The position numbers were made by a program, and so were the translations under genes. Below, in pieces: positions 20,727 to 29,405 of a DNA stretch of 64,000 nt. The notes below the pieces were generated by a model. It ran no database searches and had not been told where the DNA came from. It saw only the letters and a list, made by a program, of their open reading frames with translations. The stretch comes from an uncultured Acidobacteriaceae bacterium (GTDB lineage: Bacteria > Acidobacteriota > Terriglobia > Bryobacterales > Bryobacteraceae), in NCBI GenBank assembly GCA_963787545.1, contig CAWBDW010000012.1, positions 972-64,971 on the forward strand. The letters run 5' to 3'. The first letter of the stretch is position 1. Each line of letters starts with the position of its first letter.

Positions 20727-20805
20727 AGGTGTATACGTATACAATGTTGCCTCATCGGATTCTGCGCCACACCTGCGCCGCCGTTCATAATGGTTCTTCC
20801 ACTAA

Positions 20806-21408
20806 ATGATTGGGCGCCTGCGCGGGACGGTTCTCGAAAAACATCCGAATGAAGTGATTGTCGAAGCTGCTGGCGTCGGCTATCAGGTACAGATTCCCAT
20901 CTCGACCTACACCTCGCTGCCCCAGGAAGGCGCGCCTGTTTCGCTTCGCATCTACACTCACGTGCGGGAGGACGCGCTCTCACTGTTTGGCTTCGCGACG
21001 GCGGAAGAGAAACTGCTGTTCGAGCGGCTGATTTCCGTCAGCAACATCGGACCCAAGCTCGCGCTTACCGTGCTTTCCGGTTTGCCTACGCCGGAGCTGA
21101 TTTCGGCTATTCGCAGCTCCGACGTCGCGCGCCTGGTGCGCATTCCAGGTGTCGGAAAAAAAACGGCGGAGCGCATCGTGCTGGAACTGAAAGATAAATT
21201 AGCGGCCGTGGATGCGGCAGGCAAGCCGGCCGGCGCTGTCGAAGCGGCGCCTGCATGGACACATCTCGAGCGCGATGTGCTCTCCGCTTTGCAAAATCTC
21301 GGCTGTTCGCGCGCCGCCGCCGAAGAAGCGGTGCGTAAAGCCAAGGAACGGGGCGCGGGCGAAGACTTCGAGCCGTTCTTCCGCGCCGCGTTGGCACTCG
21401 TGCGCTAA
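20806..21408 (+). CDS. ruvA: Holliday junction branch migration complex subunit RuvA
   Basis: 200-aa ORF containing MIGRLRGTVLEK, helix-hairpin-helix segments (GIGPKLALTVLS, IPGVGKKTAERIV), and a C-terminal domain III. Confidence 0.93.
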   Translation: MIGRLRGTVLEKHPNEVIVEAAGVGYQVQIPISTYTSLPQEGAPVSLRIYTHVREDALSLFGFATAEEKLLFERLISVSNIGPKLALTVLSGLPTPELISAIRSSDVARLVRIPGVGKKTAERIVLELKDKLAAVDAAGKPAGAVEAAPAWTHLERDVLSALQNLGCSRAAAEEAVRKAKERGAGEDFEPFFRAALALVR

Positions 21409-21420
21409 CGTGAGAATCGA

Positions 21421-22449
21421 ATGCGCGCTGCCGGAATGAGTTCTCCCGCACAACAGGAGGAAGAGCGCCAATTTGAGGCCGCGCTTCGTCCCACCCGGCT
21501 GGCCGATTTCGCGGGACAGCCCCACGTGCGCGAACAGCTCGCCATCGCGATAGAAGCGGCCAAGAAACGCGGAGAGGCCATGGACCACGTTCTCCTGTGC
21601 GGGCCGCCCGGCCTCGGGAAGACGACTCTCGCCGTCATCGTCGCCAACGAACTCGCCGTCCCTCTTGACCAGACCGCCGGGCCGGTGCTTCAGAAGAAAC
21701 TCGATTTGAGCGGCATTCTCACTAATGTGAAGGCGCGGCAGGTTTTCTTTATCGATGAGATTCACCGGCTGCTGCCCGATATCGAAGAAACGCTCTACTC
21801 CGCGCTCGAGGATTTCCGGCTCGATATTTTGATCGGCACCGGTCCGGGCGCGCGTACGCATTCGATGACAATTGAGCGCTTCACGGCCGTGGGCGCAACT
21901 ACTCGCCAAGGTTTGTTGAGCGCGCCGTTGCGCAGCCGCTTCGGCATCGTGCTCCGCCTCGATCCCTACGACGAAGAGACGCTCGCCAAAATCGTCCAGC
22001 GCTCCGCGGGCCTGCTGGACGTGGAAATCGCGCGCGATGCAGCCCACGAAATTGCGCGCCGCGGACGTGGTACGCCGCGCATCGCCAACCGCTTGCTCAG
22101 AAGAGTTCGCGATTACGCGCAGGTGCGCGCCGACGGCCGCATCGATCTCACCGTCGCCCAAGCCGCCTTGGATCTACTCAAAGTCGACCGCTACGGTCTG
22201 GACGAAATCGATCAGAAAATCATGAGCACCATCGCCGAGAAATATGGCGGCGGTCCCGTCGGGCTGAGCACTATTGCCGCCTCGATCGATGAGCAGGCTG
22301 ACACGATCGAAGAAGTCTACGAACCATACCTGATGCAGCTAGGATTTTTGGACCGGACCCCGCGCGGGCGTGTCGCAACCGAGCGCGCCTTCGAATATTT
22401 CCAGATTCCCCGCCGCCGTTTTGCCGGCTCGCAGAATCCGCTCTTCTGA
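21421..22449 (+). CDS. ruvB: Holliday junction DNA helicase RuvB
   Basis: 342-aa ORF with Walker A GPPGLGKTTLA, Walker B FIDEIHR, and RGTPRIANRLLRRVRD. Confidence 0.95.
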   Translation: MRAAGMSSPAQQEEERQFEAALRPTRLADFAGQPHVREQLAIAIEAAKKRGEAMDHVLLCGPPGLGKTTLAVIVANELAVPLDQTAGPVLQKKLDLSGILTNVKARQVFFIDEIHRLLPDIEETLYSALEDFRLDILIGTGPGARTHSMTIERFTAVGATTRQGLLSAPLRSRFGIVLRLDPYDEETLAKIVQRSAGLLDVEIARDAAHEIARRGRGTPRIANRLLRRVRDYAQVRADGRIDLTVAQAALDLLKVDRYGLDEIDQKIMSTIAEKYGGGPVGLSTIAASIDEQADTIEEVYEPYLMQLGFLDRTPRGRVATERAFEYFQIPRRRFAGSQNPLF

Positions 22450-22530
22450 ACGGTAGGTCCACGACCCGGATTGTCGAGTCATGGGGAGTTCTGGCGCAAC
22501 ATTGCCGAGTTGGCATGAGGTTTCGGCGTG

Positions 22531-22587
22531 CTACTTCTTCTTTTTGGGCTTTTTGGTTTCTTTCTTCTGATCTCGGCCTTTTGCCAT
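22531..22587 (-). CDS. possible 18-aa lysine-rich micro-ORF (MAKGRDQKKETKKPKKKK)
   Basis: ATG c22587 is preceded by AGGAAGGA 8-15 nt upstream, and TAG lies at 22531-22533. It sits downstream of lepB on the same strand. It is too short for the ORF track, and I cannot test conservation. Confidence 0.25.
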   Translation of the reverse strand: MAKGRDQKKETKKPKKKK

Positions 22588-22626
22588 GACTGTTTATCCT
22601 TCCTGGCTTCGCTGTCAAACCGCGTC

Positions 22627-23475
22627 CTACGGATTCGGAGAGCCCGGATTAATCGGCAGCGGGTGATTAGGCAGCCTCGAATCGGGATAGCCGCGAATAA
22701 TCCGGCAAGTGCGGTCCCAGCGCGTGCGCGTAAAGAAATGCTCGCCTAAATCGATAAAATGCGCAACCAGCGATCCCACCGAAGTCCCAGCCAGATCTTC
22801 GGTCGAAGCGCGATACGACCAATAAATCAGAAGCGGCTTGCCGATGATGTAGTCTCGCGGCACGAAGCCCCAATACCGGCTATCGAGTGAATTGTCGCGG
22901 TTGTCGCCCATCGCGAAATAGCTATCCGGCGGAACGACCACTTCGCCATTCACCACGTGATTGTCCAGCATGTCGCGCTGCAATTGCGCCTGCAGGCCTT
23001 CGGCGAAGGGCGTCGGCCCGGCGGGGAAATTCCCGCGGCTCGGATCGAAGCCGTATTTGTGATACGCATATGGTTCGTTCAGCCGCACGCCATTGCGATA
23101 AACAATCTGGTCGATCATCTTGATGTGATCGCCCGGCACGCCGATCACGCGCTTCACGAAGGTCTGCGAGATGTCTCCCGGATAGCGAAACACGATGATG
23201 TCGCCGTGCTTCGGTTCCTCATACGGCAAAATATATTTGCTGAACGTTCCGGCCGGGGCGAAGGCGAGCTTGTCCACTAGCAGGTGATCGCCAATCAGCA
23301 GAGTGTCTTCCATGGAACCCGTGGGAATCACGAATGCCTGCACCAGCGTCGTCGTTCCAAAGAGCAGAAGCAGGATGGTCACCGCCCATTCGGCGATGCT
23401 ATTGCGCGCGTGCTCCCGCTTGGCGCTGTTGTTCTGGTCCACTTTGCGTGTTTTAACGGCGGCTGTCTCTGGCAT
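22627..23475 (-). CDS. lepB: signal peptidase I
   Basis: 282-aa ORF with an N-terminal TM segment, the catalytic-Ser box IPTGSMEDTL, the box KRVIGVPGD, and GDNRDNSLDSRYWGFV. Confidence 0.92.
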   Translation of the reverse strand: MPETAAVKTRKVDQNNSAKREHARNSIAEWAVTILLLLFGTTTLVQAFVIPTGSMEDTLLIGDHLLVDKLAFAPAGTFSKYILPYEEPKHGDIIVFRYPGDISQTFVKRVIGVPGDHIKMIDQIVYRNGVRLNEPYAYHKYGFDPSRGNFPAGPTPFAEGLQAQLQRDMLDNHVVNGEVVVPPDSYFAMGDNRDNSLDSRYWGFVPRDYIIGKPLLIYWSYRASTEDLAGTSVGSLVAHFIDLGEHFFTRTRWDRTCRIIRGYPDSRLPNHPLPINPGSPNP

Positions 23476-23565
23476 GCTGTCGAAACCTTAATTGTATCTT
23501 TCGACCGGCGAATGTGGGTCTAATATGCACTTATAAGTGTCGAATATTTCAAAGGGGAGAAGAAG

Positions 23566-24486
23566 ATGAACCGGATTGCATTCACGATGCTGACCGCCGC
23601 CGTACTTGGGGGAGTGTTGCTGAGCTGTGGAAAGAAATCTGCCAGCGACCAAACGCTTACCACGGATATTCAAGCAAAGCTCTACGCAGACGCCGCCACC
23701 AAACCCGCCAACGTGAGTGTGACCGTTAGAGACGGCATCGCTACCTTGAGCGGGGCTGTTCCGAGCTCGGACATCGAATTGGCGGCGATGAAAATCGCAA
23801 ACGGCACGCCGGGCGTGAAAAGCGTAAACGATCGGATGAAAGTGGATCCTTCCATGGCGGGCAACCAGCTTCCGGATGCCGGCAACTCTCAGCCGCAGAA
23901 CCCCGCTCCTGCGCCCGACTCGATGCAACCGCCTCCGCCGGGCCCTTCCGCAGCTCCTCCTCCTGCTGAACCCGTTACCGTGACAATTCCGGCCGGCGAT
24001 CACGTATCGGTGCGCATGATCGATTCCATCGACTCCGCTCACAACACCTCCGGTCAGGTGTTTCGAGCTTCGCTCTATGCTCCCGTGGTCTCGCATGGCC
24101 GTGTTGTGATTCCAAAGGGAACGCCGGTTTCCGTGCTTCTGGCTGCATCGAAAGACGCGGGCCGTATCAAAGGACGCAGCGGGCTGGAAGTGCGCCTTTC
24201 GGCGATCGATTATCACGGTCGCGAATATCGCGTCGATAGCAGCATCTATGAAGAGCAAGGGAAGGCGCGCGGCAAGCAGACCGCCGTGCGAACCGGAATC
24301 GGCGCTGCCGCGGGCGCGGTCATCGGCGCTATCGCGGGCGGAGGAAAGGGCGCGGCGATCGGCTCGGCTGCGGGCGGCGGAGCTGGTTTCGGAGTCAACC
24401 TCTTTACGCACGGCCAGCAGGTCAAGATCCCCTCGGAAACCATCCTCACTTTTCGTTTGAGCGCTCCGTTAACTCTGGAAAGGTGA
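23566..24486 (+). CDS. BON-domain lipoprotein with C-terminal glycine-zipper
   Basis: It has a lipobox-like LLSCG. The BON-like segment is VSVTVRDGIATLSGAVPSSDIELAAMKIANGTPGVKSVNDRM. A Pro-rich linker follows, and the C-terminus is GIGAAAGAVIGAIAGGGKGAAIGSAAGGGAG. Confidence 0.75.
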   Translation: MNRIAFTMLTAAVLGGVLLSCGKKSASDQTLTTDIQAKLYADAATKPANVSVTVRDGIATLSGAVPSSDIELAAMKIANGTPGVKSVNDRMKVDPSMAGNQLPDAGNSQPQNPAPAPDSMQPPPPGPSAAPPPAEPVTVTIPAGDHVSVRMIDSIDSAHNTSGQVFRASLYAPVVSHGRVVIPKGTPVSVLLAASKDAGRIKGRSGLEVRLSAIDYHGREYRVDSSIYEEQGKARGKQTAVRTGIGAAAGAVIGAIAGGGKGAAIGSAAGGGAGFGVNLFTHGQQVKIPSETILTFRLSAPLTLER

Positions 24487-24694
24487 TTTCTACGCGATCG
24501 CGCCGAATCTGAGCCGGAAGCGTCAGCGCCCGAGTCTGGGCGTTTACGCTGCGCTTACCAGGCTATCGAACAGAGCCGCTCGCCTGGCAGTAGATCCCAC
24601 CCCTCAAACTGCGCTGTATCACCTGATGTTGGCGCTTCGCAAAGATGGAAAGACCGCCGAAGTTTACGCGCTGGCAAGGATGCGCGATGAGCCG

Positions 24695-25846
24695 CTACTG
24701 AATAATTTTTAGCGCGTCTTCCAGCGCTTCGATAAAGAAGTATTCGCCCCACATCACGGATTCGTCTATTCCCAAGCCCTTGTGGATGTGATACACGCCG
24801 CCTTTGAGAACGCCTTCCCAGGTGGGATCGGCGCTGGCAAGATATTTCGTGCAGAGCGTGCGCAGGATATAGATTGCGGTGGACCAATAAAAATGCCCCT
24901 TCATGGGATCCGGCAGCAGACGGCAGAGGCGCAGCATTCCAGCCGCGGCGATGGCGGCGGCTGACGAGTCCACTAGCGACCGGTTCTCGGCCGGGGCATT
25001 GTAATCCCAGGGCGGCACGCCATCGCCGGGCGTGTGCGTAATGTAGTAGTCGGCACATGCCATGGCCGTTTGCAAAAAACGGGGATCGCGGCTGAATTCG
25101 TGCGATGTGGAGAAACCGTACAGCGCCCATGCCAAGCCTCGCGACCAGCAGGAATCGCCGCGGTAGCCTTGCTGGGTGGACTGGCGCAGAAACTCGCCGG
25201 TTTCCAGATCGAAAATTCCCTCGTGCGCTGTCGATCCGTCCCCGCGCACCAGGCAGCGGCGCGTCGTGATGCAGTGCCGGACGGCGATATCGCGCAGCCG
25301 CCGGTCGTTGCATTCCCGGGCTGCATAGAAAATGATGCCCACGTTCATCATGATGTCGATGAACAGCGAATCTTCGGCAACAAACGAGCGCAGGTACTGG
25401 CCCGCTTCATTGAAGCGCAGTGCGAGCGTTTTTCCGGCCTGCAGCACCACTTCGCGGATGGCGTTATCTCTGGTTACCTGATGCCAGCGATGGTAAGTGG
25501 AGAAGAAGATGAAGCCCAGATCGTGCACATCCCGATCCGTCTTGCGCGATTCAAGCGGTTTGCTGTAGCGGATGGCCTGCTCCATCCAGAATTTCGCATC
25601 CGGTTTCTCGGGGCCGAGATGCTTATAGAACAGCCACATCATTCCCGGAAGAAATCCATCGCACCAATGTGTCCAGGCCGGGCCTTCGTGCTTCCATCTA
25701 CCGCCGGAGGTGTACATCGGATAAAAATCCGGATGATTTTCGATCAGCCGCTTGACCTGCTTTTGGGCAAAGCCCATTGCATGCTCAAACAGCTCTCTAT
25801 CGGATTCGTAAATGAACTGGATCAACGTCAGTACCCGCGATGACAA
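24695..25846 (-). CDS. glycoside hydrolase family 88 (unsaturated glucuronyl/galacturonyl hydrolase-like)
   Basis: 383-aa ORF with (alpha/alpha)6-type repeats. WTHWCDGFLPGMMW and DSCWSRGLAWALYGF are typical of GH88/GH105. Confidence 0.75.
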   Translation of the reverse strand: MSSRVLTLIQFIYESDRELFEHAMGFAQKQVKRLIENHPDFYPMYTSGGRWKHEGPAWTHWCDGFLPGMMWLFYKHLGPEKPDAKFWMEQAIRYSKPLESRKTDRDVHDLGFIFFSTYHRWHQVTRDNAIREVVLQAGKTLALRFNEAGQYLRSFVAEDSLFIDIMMNVGIIFYAARECNDRRLRDIAVRHCITTRRCLVRGDGSTAHEGIFDLETGEFLRQSTQQGYRGDSCWSRGLAWALYGFSTSHEFSRDPRFLQTAMACADYYITHTPGDGVPPWDYNAPAENRSLVDSSAAAIAAAGMLRLCRLLPDPMKGHFYWSTAIYILRTLCTKYLASADPTWEGVLKGGVYHIHKGLGIDESVMWGEYFFIEALEDALKIIQ

Positions 25847-25900
25847 TTATAAGGAAAGCGCCGGTCCGTCTGCCGTGCTTGCTACCATCGGTGAGAAAGC

Positions 25901-26131
25901 ATGGCCGCGAAAGTCACCATTGTTAATAACGGACCGATCCGGATTGAAGGCGAGTTCCTCATTCAGGATTCGGAGGGAAATTCGTATGGTCTGGCGGGAA
26001 GATCCGTCATCTCTCTCTGCCGCTGTGGAATGGCAGAAAATAAGCCATTTTGCGACGGTTCACACGGCCGCAACGGGTTCAATTCCTATTGCAAGGCTCG
26101 CGATCTTGAGCCTCCGAAGCCGAAAATCTGA
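25901..26131 (+). CDS. CDGSH iron-sulfur domain-containing protein
   Basis: 76-aa ORF with the diagnostic motif CRCGMAENKPFCDGSH. Confidence 0.85.
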   Translation: MAAKVTIVNNGPIRIEGEFLIQDSEGNSYGLAGRSVISLCRCGMAENKPFCDGSHGRNGFNSYCKARDLEPPKPKI

Positions 26132-26200
26132 GCTTTTTTCCCCGTTAAATATTTGTTCCCGCGCGAAGCTCGCGATGCGTCGAACTTATACGGAACCCCG

Positions 26201-27409
26201 ATGGCCCCGGCTGAAACCATAACTGCTTCTACCGCTGCTGGCGCCGCCACCGCGCCCAAACCGCGCGGCCGCATCATTGAGCTGGACGTGCTGCGTGGGT
26301 TTCTGCTGTTGTGGATGGCGCTCACGCACTTACCCACCAAAGTCAGCATTATTTCAAATCAAACGTTCGGCTTTGTTTCGGGCGCCGAAGGGTTTATTTT
26401 TCTTTCCGCCTTCATGCTGGGCTGGCTTGAGCATCGAATTGAGGAGAACCGCGGCAAGACGTCGGCGATGCGCGATGTATCCAGGCGAACGCTGCGCGTT
26501 TATCTGTATCACTGCGCGCTCCTCGCTATTGCGTTCACGCTGGTGGCCGAAGTCGGTGTCACATTTCACAGGCTGGCGCTGGAGAATCTGCTCTCGTTCT
26601 ATCTGCAGCGGCCGATGCAGGCCATCGCGGCCGGCGCAATTCTTGAATATCGTCCCTCGCTGTTCGACATTCTGCCGATGTACATCATCTTCATGGCGCT
26701 CACGCCGCTGGCCCGCTACATTGCGCGGCGCTGGAGCTGGGATTACGTGATCTATGTAAGCCTGGCGGTCTGGGCGGGTGCGCAGTTCGGCCTGCGCACC
26801 TGGATCTACCGGCACGTCAACCTGTTCGGATTAGGAGTGCCCGAGAATTCAACCGGCGCCTTCGACATTTATGCCTGGCAATTTCTCTGGATGGTGGGCC
26901 TCGCGCTAGGGAGCATCTATGGCATCAGCCTTTCGGATGCCGACAAGCTCTCTCGAAAGGATTCCGACATCGGAATCCCACGCTGGCTGGTGAAGTTGAG
27001 CTGCGTGGTCGCCATCGTTTTTCTGGTGCTGCGCTACTGTCCGGCCGACCGCTGGATCGATCCCAACCTGTACGGATGGCTAATCGACAAATGGCATCTC
27101 GCCCCGGTGCGCCTCATCGATTTCTCGGCGCTGACCATTCTGATAGTGCGCTACGGTGCTCCGATCGCAAGGCTGCCATTCATCCTTCCATTAGCGTCGC
27201 TTGGCCAGGCATCGATTGAAGTCTTTTGCGTGCATGTGCTCTGCTGTGTTGCTGGAAACGCATTGAGTAAGGACGCCGACCCGAACTTACCCTTGTGGGA
27301 GCAGGCCGCCCTGCTGGCAGTCACGATATCCGCGATGTTCGTGACCGCGCACTACCAACGGAAGCGCCTTCACAACCGGCGGCTCCGGGCCGAAGCCGCT
27401 AGGGCGTGA
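26201..27409 (+). CDS. OpgC-like / acyltransferase-3-like integral membrane protein
   Basis: Multi-TM ORF. RIIELDVLRGFLLLWMALTHLP...GFVSGAEGFIFLSAFMLG resembles the OpgC family. ATG 26201 is preferred over TTG 26153. Confidence 0.65.
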   Translation: MAPAETITASTAAGAATAPKPRGRIIELDVLRGFLLLWMALTHLPTKVSIISNQTFGFVSGAEGFIFLSAFMLGWLEHRIEENRGKTSAMRDVSRRTLRVYLYHCALLAIAFTLVAEVGVTFHRLALENLLSFYLQRPMQAIAAGAILEYRPSLFDILPMYIIFMALTPLARYIARRWSWDYVIYVSLAVWAGAQFGLRTWIYRHVNLFGLGVPENSTGAFDIYAWQFLWMVGLALGSIYGISLSDADKLSRKDSDIGIPRWLVKLSCVVAIVFLVLRYCPADRWIDPNLYGWLIDKWHLAPVRLIDFSALTILIVRYGAPIARLPFILPLASLGQASIEVFCVHVLCCVAGNALSKDADPNLPLWEQAALLAVTISAMFVTAHYQRKRLHNRRLRAEAARA

Positions 27410-27926
27410 GCACGCGAATATCGCTCAAATTGCGGTAATCTTCGGCGTAATCGAGGCCGTAGCCGACCACAAATTCGTCCGGTATCCGGAAGCCGATGTA
27501 CTTCACCTTCACCTGCTGTATGCGGCGCTCAGGCTTATCCAGCAGCGTTACGATTTCAAGCGATTTCGGCCTGCGCTGTTCGAGCAGTCTGGTCAGATAA
27601 CTCAGCGTGACGCCACTATCGATGATGTCTTCGACGATCAGTACGTTTTGGCCTTCGATATTGACGTCGAGATCGCGCGTGACCTTCACCTGCCCGGAAC
27701 TCGTCTTCTCATTGCCGTAGCTCGAAATGGCCATAAATTCGATGCGAACGGACGGCCGCCGCAGCGCTCGGGCGAGATCGGCGACGAATACGAAAGCGCC
27801 TTTGAGAATCGAGACGAGGTAGATGGGCCCGTCCGGATAATCGGCTTCAATCTGCGCGGCCAGTTCGCGAACACGCTGCTGAATCTGCCCGGAAGTGATC
27901 AGAACACGCTCTGCGGTATCGAGCAT
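27399..27926 (-). CDS. hpt: hypoxanthine phosphoribosyltransferase
   Basis: Internal ATG c27926 (MLDTAERVLITSGQIQQRVRELA). The PRPP motif LIVEDIIDSGVTLSYL is present. The start overlaps the upstream gene stop (TAATG). Confidence 0.9.
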   Translation of the reverse strand: MLDTAERVLITSGQIQQRVRELAAQIEADYPDGPIYLVSILKGAFVFVADLARALRRPSVRIEFMAISSYGNEKTSSGQVKVTRDLDVNIEGQNVLIVEDIIDSGVTLSYLTRLLEQRRPKSLEIVTLLDKPERRIQQVKVKYIGFRIPDEFVVGYGLDYAEDYRNLSDIRVLTP

Positions 27927-28810
27927 TATCGGAGAGCTAGTTTGAGCCTGGTGCTGCCGGTGCCTATGTGGATATGCGGTGCGGTAGCGGCTCCTGCGAC
28001 AGCGCTGCGGAAGGCCAGATACGGCACGCGCAGCCGCTCCAGAAAATGGCGCAGCCAAATCCCTTCCGGCTGCTCGGGGTTCAGCGCCACATCCACGCGG
28101 TTGCGATGGTCTAAACCCATCGATTCATGCAGCCGCGTCTCGCCCAGTGCGCTGATCGGCAAAGGACGATGGAACTGCTTTTCGAAGCTGCTCGAGATGG
28201 CGGGAAGTTCGCTCAAATCGAAAACCCCGCTGCCGTCATAGCGAATCATGGCGTTTTTCAGCGTCGCTTGATCCGCCTCCGTCGCGTGGGCCAATTGCTG
28301 CTCCTGCTCTGCCATCTGCCGCAGCTCATCGAGCAGTTTCGCGCGATCTTCCGCCAGATTCAGCACGCGTTGACGCGAATCCAGCTCGTCTTGAAAACTC
28401 GTGAACTCGGATTTGGCGAGGATGCCCGTATTGAGCAGCACGCGCCGTTCCTCGACGATTTTCCTCTGCCGGTCGACTCGCCTTCGGGCAGCATCCACCA
28501 TCTGGTTCGCCTCTTCGGGCGTCATGTCCTGCAGGCGCGTTTCGCCGTAAAGCGTCCGCGCCAGAACGGATTCGTCCTGCGCGTCCGCAAGCTGTAGTTT
28601 GGCTTCTTCCAGGCGGCTCTTGGGCAGCGTTCCATCGTCCACCAGCGCCTGTATCCGGACGACCTCGTTTTGAGCCCGCTCGAGCAGCGTGTTGGAAAGC
28701 GCCGCGTAGCTCCCCGCCGGTTCGCTTGCCGCAAAACACGCCCATGCGCCCGCGACCGTGCTGCACAGGATGCAGAACAGCAGCGCCCGCCGTTTCGAAC
28801 AATAGGGCAT
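27926..28810 (-). CDS. secreted coiled-coil protein with C-terminal H..D / HxH metallopeptidase-like motifs (function unknown)
   Basis: 294-aa ORF with a signal-like N-terminus (LLFCILCSTVAGAWA) and about 170 aa of heptad-rich sequence. The C-terminus contains LHESMGLDHRNRVDVA and APHIHIG. Confidence 0.6.
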   Translation of the reverse strand: MPYCSKRRALLFCILCSTVAGAWACFAASEPAGSYAALSNTLLERAQNEVVRIQALVDDGTLPKSRLEEAKLQLADAQDESVLARTLYGETRLQDMTPEEANQMVDAARRRVDRQRKIVEERRVLLNTGILAKSEFTSFQDELDSRQRVLNLAEDRAKLLDELRQMAEQEQQLAHATEADQATLKNAMIRYDGSGVFDLSELPAISSSFEKQFHRPLPISALGETRLHESMGLDHRNRVDVALNPEQPEGIWLRHFLERLRVPYLAFRSAVAGAATAPHIHIGTGSTRLKLALR

Positions 28811-28936
28811 CTGTATTTAGATTACGCACAACGCCTCTCCGGTGTAGTACGCTAGGCGCAGGAGACCGTTTAGACAAGTCTGACACGCCGTTCTGTTAAG
28901 CGCCATCCAGCCGCTCAGCCGGAGGTTCCGAATTGG

Positions 28937-29269
28937 TTGACGGCGGCCAAAGCTGCCGAATCCAAGAAAGCAACGGATTTGCGCGTTGTGGATTTGCGCG
29001 AGGTCACTTCCTTTACGGACTTTTTCGTCATCTGCTCCGCCTCTAATCCGCGCCAGGCGCATGCAATTTCCGACGAGATCGAAACCGAGCTCAAACGAAC
29101 CGGCGAGCTGCCTGTCAGTGTCGAAGGCTACGAGCCCGCCGAGTGGATTCTGATGGATTATGGCGACTTTATCGTCCATATCTTCTCGGAAACGGCCCGC
29201 GCCTACTACGATCTCGAACGGCTCTGGCGGCACGCCAAACTCGTCGATAGCAGCGCCGCAACAGCTTAG
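28937..29269 (+). CDS. rsfS: ribosome silencing factor RsfS (Iojap family)
   Basis: 110-aa ORF with TTG start 11 nt after GGAGG, containing DLRVVDLREVTSFTDFFVICSASNPRQAHAISDEI...WILMDYGDFIVHIF. Confidence 0.88.
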   Translation: MTAAKAAESKKATDLRVVDLREVTSFTDFFVICSASNPRQAHAISDEIETELKRTGELPVSVEGYEPAEWILMDYGDFIVHIFSETARAYYDLERLWRHAKLVDSSAATA

Positions 29270-29405
29270 GCTTACCACCCGTCCAGCGCCGTCGTATTGA
29301 CAAACCATCGACTGATGCTGCAGGCTTTATAATCGAGACGGAGGCAGCTCTTTAACAATCACCTCGCGCGCCAGAGACGCTTTAGTCAGCTCCGCCGATA
29401 AACAG

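Noticed and set aside
29297-29405. CIRCE operator or sigma70 promoter upstream of hrcA.
   Set aside because: I found nothing resembling TTAGCACTC-N9-GAGTGCTAA. TTGACA (29297-29302) and TATAAT (29328-29333) are 25 nt apart, too far for a canonical sigma70 promoter.
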